64,000 bases of DNA, taken from NCBI GenBank assembly GCA_050015395.1, contig JBEKBM010000016.1:1-64000 (forward strand), in the 5' to 3' direction. This document shows positions 40,389-49,677 of this stretch, in pieces. The stretch's first letter is position 1. Each line of letters begins with the position of its first letter. Under the pieces are notes generated by a model, which saw only the letters and a list, made by a program, of their open reading frames with translations, searched no databases and was not told the origin of the DNA. Made by a program: the position numbers and the translations under genes. This DNA is from Candidatus Bathyarchaeia archaeon. GTDB taxonomy: Archaea; Thermoproteota; Bathyarchaeia; Bathyarchaeales; Bathycorpusculaceae.

Positions 40389-40615
40389 CTTTATGTCACC
40401 ATTTAGACGCTTTCTAAGCGATGTAATGCACGAAACTTGTCCATATAAGTTCTTGGCAGATAAACATTCGCCTCCTGTCTGCCAAAAATAACCTGAAAAG
40501 TCAGGGGCTTCCTGCGGGTCAAAAGCGTAAACAAAAAGCGCCTCCCCTCAGACCTATAGGGGAAACCACTATTTGGCACAGAAATCCATCAACAAAAATA
40601 GGCTAAATTGTTCGG

Positions 40616-41251
40616 CTAACCAACAACACGCTGCCCCAACAACACACGAAACCCACTTTCTCTTGCAAGAACCGTACAGTTCCCAAAGACTTCGTTGAAG
40701 AGAGCAGGCAGCGTTTTAGCGCCGATTTTAGACCGAATCACCATCTGGAACGTGGCTTTATCCGCCATGACTTTTGCGGCTTCTTTCACAATGGCTTTCA
40801 CCGTCTCCATACCTGCACTAACAGGCGGATTCGAAAGCACACAATTAAACACTAAACCTTCCACAGGCTCATACAAGTAACCAAAACGCACCTCAGCATT
40901 GACTATCTTGTTTAACTCAACATTCCTTTTTGCCAAACGCACGGCTCTCACATTCACATCCGACATAACCACGCTCAGCTTCGGGTTAAGAGCGGCTGCA
41001 ACTATTCCAACAGCACCATAACCGCAGCCAATGTCAAGAACGCAGCCTGTTTTCGGCAGAACCATCGATTCGATTAACAGCCTTGTGCCTGGATCAACCC
41101 GCCTCTTCGAAAAAACGCTTGAAGCAGTCAAAAACTCGAAGCTCTTCCCGCACAGGACGGTTCGAACTAAACCGAACCTCTCCTTTGACTTGGGCTCAGC
41201 CACAAAATAATGGTCCGTGCTACGGTTGTCCTGATTTATGCTCGCTACCAC
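40616..41251 (-). CDS. Class I SAM-dependent methyltransferase (RsmC/MTS-like)
   Basis: VFS..RVDPGTRLL, VLDIGCGYG, SNPP. Confidence 0.88.
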   Translation of the reverse strand: MVASINQDNRSTDHYFVAEPKSKERFGLVRTVLCGKSFEFLTASSVFSKRRVDPGTRLLIESMVLPKTGCVLDIGCGYGAVGIVAAALNPKLSVVMSDVNVRAVRLAKRNVELNKIVNAEVRFGYLYEPVEGLVFNCVLSNPPVSAGMETVKAIVKEAAKVMADKATFQMVIRSKIGAKTLPALFNEVFGNCTVLARESGFRVLLGQRVVG

Positions 41252-42269
41252 TTTTCCAAACCTTCGGATAAGTGCCCCTAAGCATCAACACTCTCTCTAG
41301 AGCAGCAACAGCACCATGCCTTAAACTCAACATTTCCTCAGCTGAAACAAGCGCCCTCGCCAACGCAACTGCCTCACCCTTCAACGTGAAAATAGAGAGA
41401 ATCGAATCTTTCTCAATGCCGTTTGCAACCTGCAATACGCCTGGAGCAGTCAAGTTTGCACCATGACACAACGCATCAACAGCCGAGTCACGAACCACAA
41501 TCTTAGGAAGCAAAAACAACGCCTCTTCCATAGGCACAATAAATTTGTGAAGGATCGCCTCATCTTTTTTCTCTTCCCACTCACCAAACCAGTACGCAAC
41601 ATCATGCAAAGTAACTTTTGAAGCGCTAGTTTCAGTGAATGATCCCGAGCGTGTCCTGCGCAGTTCCTGCATGTGGGCGCCGACACCTAGGATTTCGCCG
41701 ATGTCAAAGCAGAGTTTGCGTATGTACGTTCCAGCCTCGCAGCCAACTTTGAAGAGAACATTACGCCCATCAGTTTCCAAATAGTCAATGTAGTAAATGC
41801 GTCTAGTTCTAAGCTGCCGCTTAACAGAAGAACGCAGGGGCGGACGCTGATAAATTTCATCCTCAAACTCCAAAAGAACCGGCTTAACCTGTTCCTCTTT
41901 AGCGTCACCGTGAAGCTTCATCACGCAAACGTATTCTTTGCCGCTGTAGAGAAACGCCTGAACAACCTTCGTAGCGTCCTCTAAGGTGATGGGTAAAACA
42001 CCGGTCACTTTGGGATTTCTCTGGCTTACTGCTTAAGCCTCTAGAGTCCCGCCGTGGCCAATGTTGTTTAGGTGCATGATTTTTTTTACCCACGCGGCAA
42101 CTTCGTGGCTTGTTGGACCAGCTGGCTTGTCAAGGTTTATTGTGCCGTACTGGATGTACTCTTTGGCTGGTCTTTCAGAGGGCAGGTGCCCATACTTTGG
42201 GCTGGTTGTGTCCTCTGCTTTCGTCAACAGTTCACGTTTGATTTCCCACGGGGGAATTGTTCTAGGCAT
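41220..42269 (-). CDS. cbf5: H/ACA pseudouridine synthase Cbf5; join(42041..42269, 41220..42016), 341 aa after splicing
   Basis: Exon 1 LDKPAGPTSHEV..GHGGTL; exon 2 PKVTGVLP, KEY, YQRPP, GTYIRKL, ELRR, PUA domain; intron removal restores GGTLDPKVTG. Confidence 0.93.
42017..42040 (-). other. 24-nt bulge-helix-bulge mRNA intron in cbf5
   Basis: GGGA CTCT AG^A GGCTTA-AGCAG-TAAGCC AGAG AA^A TCCC: canonical BHB; contains an in-frame TAA. Confidence 0.92.
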
Positions 42270-42325
42270 ATGACTGTTTTTCTCCTAACTGGTTGTAAGA
42301 AAAATAGATACGGGATAATTAAAGC

Positions 42326-42610
42326 TTAAACTATTGCAGTTTTAACTGCTTGAGTCATTTCTTGCAGTTTGCCTGCAGCGTCCAAAACTTGAGCTACTTC
42401 CTCGTCTGAAGCGCCACGTTTAACCTCAATCTTATCTTGAAGAGGCATAATATGGTTTATGTTGACTCGTCTCCGCTTGACTCCCGTAACCTTTTTTGGT
42501 CCTGTCACTAAAACGAAGCTTTTATCCATTACATCTATTACGACGCATTTTTTGCCGTTCTCTCGACCGACTTGTTTTACGCATATTCTGCCAATTTCTA
42601 TAGCGGGCAT
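42326..42610 (-). CDS. rpl14e: 50S ribosomal protein L14e
   Basis: MPAIEIGRICVK..GRE.GKKCVVIDV.DK.FVLVTGPK.VTGVKRRRVNI.H. Confidence 0.95.
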   Translation of the reverse strand: MPAIEIGRICVKQVGRENGKKCVVIDVMDKSFVLVTGPKKVTGVKRRRVNINHIMPLQDKIEVKRGASDEEVAQVLDAAGKLQEMTQAVKTAIV

Positions 42611-43115
42611 CCTTATTCAGTCTCCGTAAAAACAAAATACAACAACTGGCAGATATAAGCATAACATAATTTCAATCAAAAATTGAAAGGTAACCCAAAG
42701 ACGATCTATTAAATAACGCATTCAAAAAGTTTTTTCTTAAAATTAAAATTTGCCAGCTGAGCCTAAACCCCACAATAATCACCGACTTGTCGTAAGCACT
42801 TGCAAAAAGCATCTCCTTGATGTTATCTCAGACAACGCTTGGCAGCCGCTTAAGAACCCGTACAGTGCCACTGTAGAGCGTGTTCCTCAACTGGCAAATA
42901 ATATTCTCTCACAAAAGAATATAATATTATGCTGGCACCTTCATGCAACAAATAAAGAAATATACTCACAAACTGTATTGAAGGAATCTGCGATGGCAGG
43001 CTTGGGTGAACACTTCACAGCATCGTTAAGTTTTCAAGTTACTAAAGCTCACTTGCGGAACTACTGTGTATGCAAAAAACTTAAACTGTACTATGTTGTC
43101 ACTTACGTTGCTGGT

Positions 43116-43235
43116 GCCGGGGTATCCGAGCCAGGTCTAAATAGGCGGCCAGATTAAGATTGCCTAAGATATGGAGGAGGACTTAAGATCCTCTGGCGCA
43201 GGCCTTCGTGGGTTCAAGTCCCACCCCCGGCACCA
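43116..43235 (+). tRNA. tRNA-Leu(UAA) with a 32-nt intron (43141..43172) at position 22/23
   Basis: Acceptor GCCGGGG/CCCCGGC, anticodon arm GAGGA-CTTAAGA-TCCTC, long variable arm, T arm GTGGG-TTCAAGT-CCCAC, A73, CCA; the intron forms GTCT/AGAT central helix plus TAGGC/GCCTA stem. Confidence 0.9.
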
Positions 43236-43355
43236 CTATGTTGAAAGTAAGGGTTTTCGAAGCTGTTTTTTCGCTTATTTAGATTAGTTTTATAAGTGTT
43301 TCGCATAATTTAATTCAATAAGCAATTTGACAAATCTAGGAAAACAGAGAATCAA

Positions 43356-44372
43356 ATGCTAAAGTCTTTGACCATCGGCGGCAAGTATGTAATTTCGAGA
43401 TTTTGGACACATACCCCCTTCATTCTCAGTCACTCAGTGACATCAGCATGCAACTGTAGATGCAAAATATGCAACATTTGGAAGAAGAAACCAAACGCCA
43501 ATGAGTTGACCGCTCGTGAAATTTTCCGGATGTTAGACGAAGCAAAGCGATTGAATTTCGTGGCTTACGTTGCATGGGGCGGGGAGCCCTTGTTGAGACC
43601 TGACATTCTTGACATTTTGAGCCATGCTCACCGCCTAGGATTTTACACGAGCATTATCACGAATGGAACTTTACTCAAAGAGAGAGCTAAAGAAATCGCA
43701 AAGATTGTTGACTTAACCTGGGTTTCTCTCGATTATGATTCCGAATATCACAGTGAAATGCGAGGTTTTGCAGGAACATTTGAAAAAACAATAGAGGGCA
43801 TCCGAGAACTCAGGTCGGCAGGCGGAAGAGTTGCAGTAAACTGTGTGCTAAGCAAACTCAATATAGACGCTGTTGGGAAAATGGGGGAATTGGCAAAAAG
43901 GCATCAGCTTAAACTATCTTTTGACCCAATGGAAGTATTTCCGGGAAGCAACGAAGAGTACGGTTTAGCGCCTAGCCAACGTAAAAAAGTGTTCTCTGAA
44001 GTCGCTGTACTCAAAGAAAAGGGATACCCCATTCTTAACTCATACGAATACGCGAGAAATCAGGCAAACTTAACCTACTCTTGCGCCCAACCCTTCATTT
44101 TCTTGGATGTATCCGAGGACGGAAAGATCAGACCGTTCTGGTGTCAAAGGAGCAACAAGATGCTGGGAGACCTGAGAAAGCAAAGCCTGAACGAAATAAT
44201 ACATTCCTCCTCTGTCAAAGATTTCGCCAAAATCTCGCAAGGATGTTGTATTTGCACACACGCCACTGCCTTTGAAACCTCGATTTTCTATTCCGCCCAA
44301 CGTTTCCTTTCAAACGTCTATCGCCTGAAAAACCCCTATTTGAGATTCATCGTAGATTTTGCTCTAACGTGA
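43356..44372 (+). CDS. Radical SAM protein with C-terminal SPASM/twitch-like domain
   Basis: CNCRCKIC, GGEPLLR, TNGTLL, VSLD, C-terminal C..C..CxxC. Confidence 0.88.
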   Translation: MLKSLTIGGKYVISRFWTHTPFILSHSVTSACNCRCKICNIWKKKPNANELTAREIFRMLDEAKRLNFVAYVAWGGEPLLRPDILDILSHAHRLGFYTSIITNGTLLKERAKEIAKIVDLTWVSLDYDSEYHSEMRGFAGTFEKTIEGIRELRSAGGRVAVNCVLSKLNIDAVGKMGELAKRHQLKLSFDPMEVFPGSNEEYGLAPSQRKKVFSEVAVLKEKGYPILNSYEYARNQANLTYSCAQPFIFLDVSEDGKIRPFWCQRSNKMLGDLRKQSLNEIIHSSSVKDFAKISQGCCICTHATAFETSIFYSAQRFLSNVYRLKNPYLRFIVDFALT

Positions 44373-44537
44373 ACAATGAAACTTGTTACCTTTTTAACGC
44401 AAAATGCCCCTTCTAAAAATGACGGTCAAACTTAATTTTTGTTTTTGGAAATATCAAAGTCATCTATTACAGTAGTGGTCGTAAAAAAGCAAATTAGGAG
44501 GAAACTGGGAAGTTGCGAATAATATCTCCACTGCGGT

Positions 44538-44573
44538 TGGGTTCAAGTCCCACCCCCGGCACCACTATGTTGA
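44538..44573 (+). repeat. 36-bp direct repeat of the tRNA-Leu 3' end (att-like copy 2)
   Basis: tgggttcaagtcccacccccggcaccactatgttga identical to 43209..43244. Confidence 0.95.
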
Positions 44574-44888
44574 TTCTGACGGGGGTTTAAACTGAATGAA
44601 CAATTCCATAATCAAATTGCTGTGTATTTTGCTATGAGCGCCTAAATATTTTGGCTCATTTCAAGTCGCCGGATGGCATAATTCGTTCAGGACACGCAAG
44701 AGCCTCAATTAGCGTGGTCTCAATTCCATCAGGAACTAATTCGCTTACAGTTAGTAAAACTTAAATCTGGGCAGCTACCTAAGATTATCCGTAGCAATTT
44801 GGCGACAAGCCAGAGTGTCGCAAAGGGATATTTGAGTGAAATTTATCACCTTTGTGGTAGGCTCAGCCTATTTGTCGCCAAATCAAAT

Positions 44889-45389
44889 TTATTTGTTTCT
44901 ACAGATTTGGTCCTTCAGCTTTGTAAGGTTAATTATCTTAGCGCCGCAAAGCCTAAGATCCCAAGACGAGCTGTGCTCAAAACTCATAACCTCCACCAGT
45001 TTGCCTGCTTTTAACAAGTATTCAATCGCAGGAAAAATATCCTTGTCACCTGTGCCGAAGATACAGGCATCAAATCTTGCATTCACTAATCCATCAACCA
45101 GCGAGTCAGCCACAATTTGAGTGTCAATTTTCTTTTCTTCTGGTTTCGAAGAACCATACCTGTGAAGCTTGACGAGCTTGAGTGTGTAACCAAATCCGCC
45201 AATTTTCTTAAAGAAATTGATTTCTCCAAGAGAGTTTTCAGTGCTATCATAATAATTTAAATCAACTGGAGTTCTGCCACTAATCATTATTGGCTTAAGC
45301 TTGGAATAGTCTATTCTGACACCAATATCTTCCCCAGCATGAAACAGGTTGGCTCCGTCAATGTAAGCACTTACCCTTATCGGCGAAAC
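44889..45389 (-). CDS. NYN domain (LabA/DUF88-like) protein; candidate GTT start
   Basis: In-frame extension IRVSAYIDGANLF upstream of the first ATG; EKKIDTQIVAD, GTGDKDIFP, S..LR; GAGGAGG SD 4 nt before GTT, TGA immediately upstream in frame. Confidence 0.8.
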   Translation of the reverse strand, partial: VSPIRVSAYIDGANLFHAGEDIGVRIDYSKLKPIMISGRTPVDLNYYDSTENSLGEINFFKKIGGFGYTLKLVKLHRYGSSKPEEKKIDTQIVADSLVDGLVNARFDACIFGTGDKDIFPAIEYLLKAGKLVEVMSFEHSSSWDLRLCGAKIINLTKLKDQICRNK

Positions 45390-45588
45390 TTTTCCTCCTC
45401 AATCTCAATTGGTTCAAAAAATATGCGTCTTCCAGAATATAACGCTTTAAGAGAGCTATCTTTATTTGCGTTTCGAAGAACGCGCCATACGTTTCGGCAA
45501 AAGTCATTAAGGTTGTAACTTTGGGTAGAATAACAAAACTTGGAAAGAAAAAAAGAGGATTATGCGGGTGATAATCTCCACTTGGGGC

Positions 45589-45616
45589 TGGGTTCAAGTC
45601 CCACCCCCGGCACCAC
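45589..45616 (+). repeat. 28-bp direct repeat of the tRNA-Leu 3' end (att-like copy 3)
   Basis: tgggttcaagtcccacccccggcaccac. Confidence 0.93.
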
Positions 45617-47030
45617 CCTCTTGGGAAGCACTCGGGGTTTGTGTGGCGAGAGGTTGTTTTTTGGCCTGTTTTCTGCGTGACCTTGTTTTAGAATTTTTCA
45701 AGTTATTGCGATGGTTCAAACGTAACTCATCATTTTTTACTCTTGCGTGTGGCCAGAAGAATGCGCTTGCAAAAAGCACTATGAACGAAATAAAGACCAG
45801 CATAAACAAGGTGTCATATGCCTGTCCAATAGTGGTTTTCCAAAGGAAACATTGGAAGTAATCCTTAGAGTAAGCGCCAGGGCCAGGCCAACTCCATCCC
45901 GCACCACCAGGACTAGCTTGCCACCACACTGGCCCACTTACGATGAGGTCAAGTTGCCAGAGACTGAAGAAAAGCAAACCCATAGCAGCCATTACGCCTG
46001 CAAGGTTAATGATGGCGCTTGTCTTTACCATATTCCTCCAGAAATTTCTCATGCGCTCAGGCAATTCTCCTTTTTGTTCCATGCGACCAGTCCACTTGCC
46101 ACTCAAGTAGCCCATTGTTGAAAATCGAGCGGTCTCAAATATCCCGTAAACAAAAACGCCTGTGCCCGATAGTAGCATTGCAAAGCCTGAATAATTCATT
46201 AGCGTGTTTTTTGCGTAGGAGCTAGCAAGTAGTGAACCAGTAATGATTAGCATTGAGCCGATGCCGATTGCCCATATGCTTCCCAATATAATTCTCGGTT
46301 CGGTATCACGGCGGTTTCCGTTTAGGCTCCAGTTGCTTTTTAGGATTGTTACAGCCGTTCCTGACATGCCTAGGCTTAAGATGGCTATCCCGATTAGTAG
46401 CATTCCAAAGCCCGTATAGTTCATTATTGTTTCTTTTGCGTAACTGCCAGCTACTATAGAACCGATAACAGTAAGAACTATTCCGATGCCGACCGATAGT
46501 ATGCTATAAGTTAGAAACCTTGGTCTATCTACCCTGATGCCGGCTTGTTTTCTGTTCTTATTTAAGTTGGTCTGCAGCATCCCCAACAATGTTCCGAATA
46601 TGCCTAAGACAAAAAAGCATATTCCAGTTAGCAGCATCCCGAAACCTGCGCAGTTTATTATTGTATTCTTTGCATACGTACCGCCTAGTATAGAGCCAAT
46701 AATACTCAGAACCACACCGACACCGATTGCCCATATGCTTAGAAACAGCGTCTTTGGTTTGTTAACTCTAATGCTTGCTGGCTTTGCTTGGCTTAAGCGA
46801 GTTTCTACGGTTGCTGTAGCCGTTGCACACATACCAAAAACAAAAACGGCTATTCCTGCAAGCAGCATGCTAAAGCCTGTATAATTTGTTATTGTTGCTT
46901 TCGCGTAAGAACTAGATATTACAGAGCCAATAACGGCTAGAACTAAACCAATCACAATTACCTTTGTCTTGCTAGAGAGGGCTTCCTGACTTTTCTCCTT
47001 AGTTCTTGCAGGTGCACCCATTTCCCTCAC
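45594..47030 (-). CDS. Multi-pass membrane protein with four internal two-helix repeats
   Basis: Four copies of GS....[S/T]YAK.T..N..GF.MLL.G. Confidence 0.8.
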   Translation of the reverse strand: MREMGAPARTKEKSQEALSSKTKVIVIGLVLAVIGSVISSSYAKATITNYTGFSMLLAGIAVFVFGMCATATATVETRLSQAKPASIRVNKPKTLFLSIWAIGVGVVLSIIGSILGGTYAKNTIINCAGFGMLLTGICFFVLGIFGTLLGMLQTNLNKNRKQAGIRVDRPRFLTYSILSVGIGIVLTVIGSIVAGSYAKETIMNYTGFGMLLIGIAILSLGMSGTAVTILKSNWSLNGNRRDTEPRIILGSIWAIGIGSMLIITGSLLASSYAKNTLMNYSGFAMLLSGTGVFVYGIFETARFSTMGYLSGKWTGRMEQKGELPERMRNFWRNMVKTSAIINLAGVMAAMGLLFFSLWQLDLIVSGPVWWQASPGGAGWSWPGPGAYSKDYFQCFLWKTTIGQAYDTLFMLVFISFIVLFASAFFWPHARVKNDELRLNHRNNLKNSKTRSRRKQAKKQPLATQTPSASQEGGAGGGT

Positions 47031-47460
47031 CGTATACTCTTTTAATCGCCCACCAAGCCGATACCATTAGCTACTGTGCTTCTTGCCTATAACATTTAAG
47101 TCTGTATTCTATATTGGGACAGAACGCTTAAGGATTGATAGCAACCGCCTGGCTGCTAATTGAATAATCACTGCTTGAGATAATTAAGCAGCTTGGCCTA
47201 ACTGTTCCAGATGTTGGATGGCAGTTTTTCCGGTTGAAAAGGGCTTTTGAAAACGTGCTTAAGGATAAAGCTGCTCGCTATGCCGGTTCTGAAGGCTTCG
47301 GAGACATGGAAAGCCATGAGCTTTAGGTATTCATCACGGCAAAGAGGCATTCCGCCAGGTGGATCTGACAGCGGGTCGAGTCAGGTTGCATCCTTAAAGA
47401 TGTTTGAAAATCACCGAGTGAGAGACAGAGACGGAAGGGACCTCATTTTAAATGAAGCTT

Positions 47461-47538
47461 GGGCGAGTAGCTCAGTACGGATAGAGCACCAGCCTCCTAA
47501 GTTGGGGGTCGAGGGTTCAAATCCCTCCCCGCTCGCCA
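47461..47538 (+). tRNA. tRNA-Arg(CCU)
   Basis: D stem GCTC/GAGC with A20, anticodon arm CCAGC-CTCCTAA-GTTGG, T arm GAGGG-TTCAAAT-CCCTC, G73, CCA. Confidence 0.93.
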
Positions 47539-47648
47539 CAGACAAACCCCGCCCATTTTGAGCGGGTGTTACTTGCGTTTTTTGAAAACTTTGTTGCTTC
47601 CGAAATCGCAAACCAATTTGGCTATAAACTGCTAGAGGAAGCACTTGG

Positions 47649-48578
47649 TTACTTTTTCTGTTGGTTTATTGTGCTTGTTAAGCTCGTGGTGTTTCTTTTG
47701 GGGTTGAATGCGGCTGCTATTTCTTTGTAGTTAACGATGATTAGAGACAGCAAGGTGAAGAGGGGTATGAGAGAGTAATAGTAGAGTGGTGTATTAACGG
47801 CAGAGGAAAAAACCATGCTTATGAAGCCAGAGGCCATGCTTGGGTAAAGAAGCATTATATTTGACAAGGCCAACGCGCTGATTGCGCTTGCCGTTGCAGT
47901 TTTGAGGTTTTTGCGGTTGAACATTATGAAGAGCGGTATCGCCAACAGTCCGAATCTTGGGTCAAAAAACCCAAAGGCAAAGGCAATTCCAGACAGGTAT
48001 GGTCTTCCTCGGCTGCCAAAATAGAAGCTGAGTAGAAGCAGGAAGGTGATGAAGACTTTGGCTTGTCCCTCGCCCCATTGCCAATAGTAGCTTAGGGAAA
48101 GGCCCCCTTGCGGGGAGGGGAAAGGCAGCAGCAACGCGATAACCATAACCACGAAGGTTACTGCAAGAGGCTTGCCGCTTAAGAGCTTGTAGAGCAGATA
48201 CGCCATTAGGGGAAGAAGCATAAACTGGACTATGTCAAAGGCTAAGAGTGCCTGCTGATAATTCAACGAGAGAAAAGGCGAGACAACAAGCAGGAAAGAA
48301 GGCAGGTACTTGTAGGTTTCAGGATGTGGAAGTATGACTGGTTCCCCATCATGTAAAGCTCCGAAAGTGTAAATGTGCGCTGGATTATTCCATAACCTCC
48401 AAGCGCCCATATAATAGGCTGAGAAATCTTTCGCCAATATAGTGCCTGAAGTGTTAATGCCCGCATTGACGGCGTAAGTCTCTGGATAAGCTACGATAAA
48501 AGTATACAAATTCAAGGCGATAAGTACAGCGATTCCTATTATGAAGACACTTTTGGTTAATGATGGTTTGAAAGTCAT
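47649..48578 (-). CDS. GT87-like (GT-C fold) membrane glycosyltransferase
   Basis: DFSAYY.GA, YKYLPSFLL, GQ motif, multiple TM segments. Confidence 0.7.
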   Translation of the reverse strand: MTFKPSLTKSVFIIGIAVLIALNLYTFIVAYPETYAVNAGINTSGTILAKDFSAYYMGAWRLWNNPAHIYTFGALHDGEPVILPHPETYKYLPSFLLVVSPFLSLNYQQALLAFDIVQFMLLPLMAYLLYKLLSGKPLAVTFVVMVIALLLPFPSPQGGLSLSYYWQWGEGQAKVFITFLLLLSFYFGSRGRPYLSGIAFAFGFFDPRFGLLAIPLFIMFNRKNLKTATASAISALALSNIMLLYPSMASGFISMVFSSAVNTPLYYYSLIPLFTLLSLIIVNYKEIAAAFNPKRNTTSLTSTINQQKK

Positions 48579-48850
48579 CTTTACCCGTCAATTGATCGCA
48601 GTTTTATTCTAATACTCAAAGTACTAGAATTTTTATACTTTGGTATTGCAATTTTTTGGCTTTAAACTTATTTGAAAACAGGGTAAATAATGTAAATTTT
48701 TACCTTTTCCTTACCTATTATCTAGACCAATAGGTCGTTTCAAACTTCCTTTTAATCTAAATCTGCGTCTATTCCGTGTAAATAGACCAATCATATTCAT
48801 GCAAAAATTGCCTTATTGAATATTCCCTGTCAGCGAAAAATCCTTTCCTA

Positions 48851-48872
48851 TTGTATTACAGTTGTAATACAA
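48851..48872. promoter_or_regulatory. Perfect palindrome TTGTATTACA-GT-TGTAATACAA just upstream of a BRE/TATA-like element
   Basis: Read directly; followed by gaaaatgcttttatt and the ORF at 48942. Confidence 0.6.
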
Positions 48873-48941
48873 ATGAAAATGCTTTTATTCAATCTCTTTC
48901 TTGAAGGCGTTGAATGCCCAAACTAGAGGATTGAATGATAA

Positions 48942-49529
48942 ATGAATATGCTAAAACAAAGTAAAGCTAAAAAAACCTCAATAATGGCTATGACGGCAGC
49001 ACTCTACGCCGTTTTCTTCTTCCTATCTTACATGATAGCAATTCCAAGGTTCACAGTTCTCTACCTCCCAATAATCCTCTTAGGCGTATTTCCACTCTGG
49101 TTCGGGTGGAGCGGCTTAGTCGGCAGCATGATTGGCGCCTTCATAGGAGGTGTGTACGTTGAAGGCTTACCTTTTTACCTTGCTTGGGTAGAAATAACCA
49201 CCGCCGTCGTCATTTACGGCTTAAACTGGCTGCTTATCCCAAAGGTAGCTGCAGAACCAAAGACAAAAAAGGGGCTCGTCATACTCTCAAGCATTTATGC
49301 CTTATCCTTATTCGTAGGCACAAGCGTCATTCTTTGGCAATTCGCGACTGTTGGCTTAATTCCTACCGAAACTGCTTGGATTTTTCTTTTGCCTACTTTT
49401 GCTCTCAACTTGCCAATAGTCTTGATAGCTTGTCCTGCTCTGATTAGGGCGGTGTCTCCGAAACTTAAAACTTGGGGCTTGTACTCTGGCAACTTTGCGG
49501 ATTGGAGACGCCTCAGAACCAAATCCTAA
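48942..49529 (+). CDS. ECF transporter S-component-like membrane protein (QueT-like)
   Basis: AMTAALYAV N-terminus, P.WFG..G..G..IGAFIG; ~6 TM. Confidence 0.6.
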   Translation: MNMLKQSKAKKTSIMAMTAALYAVFFFLSYMIAIPRFTVLYLPIILLGVFPLWFGWSGLVGSMIGAFIGGVYVEGLPFYLAWVEITTAVVIYGLNWLLIPKVAAEPKTKKGLVILSSIYALSLFVGTSVILWQFATVGLIPTETAWIFLLPTFALNLPIVLIACPALIRAVSPKLKTWGLYSGNFADWRRLRTKS

Positions 49530-49677
49530 GTATGGCATCTTTTTTATTCCTCTCTTTTACCGGCATTCGTCGGTTGACTTGAACTCTGCTGTAATAGTAT
49601 CAAAAAGGTTTGCGCATGAATGATGGGCAATGCTTTTAAGTTATCGGTCACCTAAAGGCAGTTTTGAGTGCCTAAAC

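Noticed and set aside
42033-42269. cbf5 as a pseudogene, split gene or stop-readthrough case
   Set aside because: A perfect BHB intron explains the stop and restores the catalytic Asp
42750-43157. 135-aa ORF on the + strand
   Set aside because: Runs through the tRNA-Leu promoter and gene; no recognisable motifs
45358-45861. ORFs 45358..45597 (-) and 45562..45861 (+)
   Set aside because: They span the att copy and overlap the NYN start region or the membrane protein gene; no protein-like signal
47247-47644. ORFs 47247..47561 (+) and 47411..47644 (-)
   Set aside because: Both overlap tRNA-Arg; typical tRNA shadow ORFs
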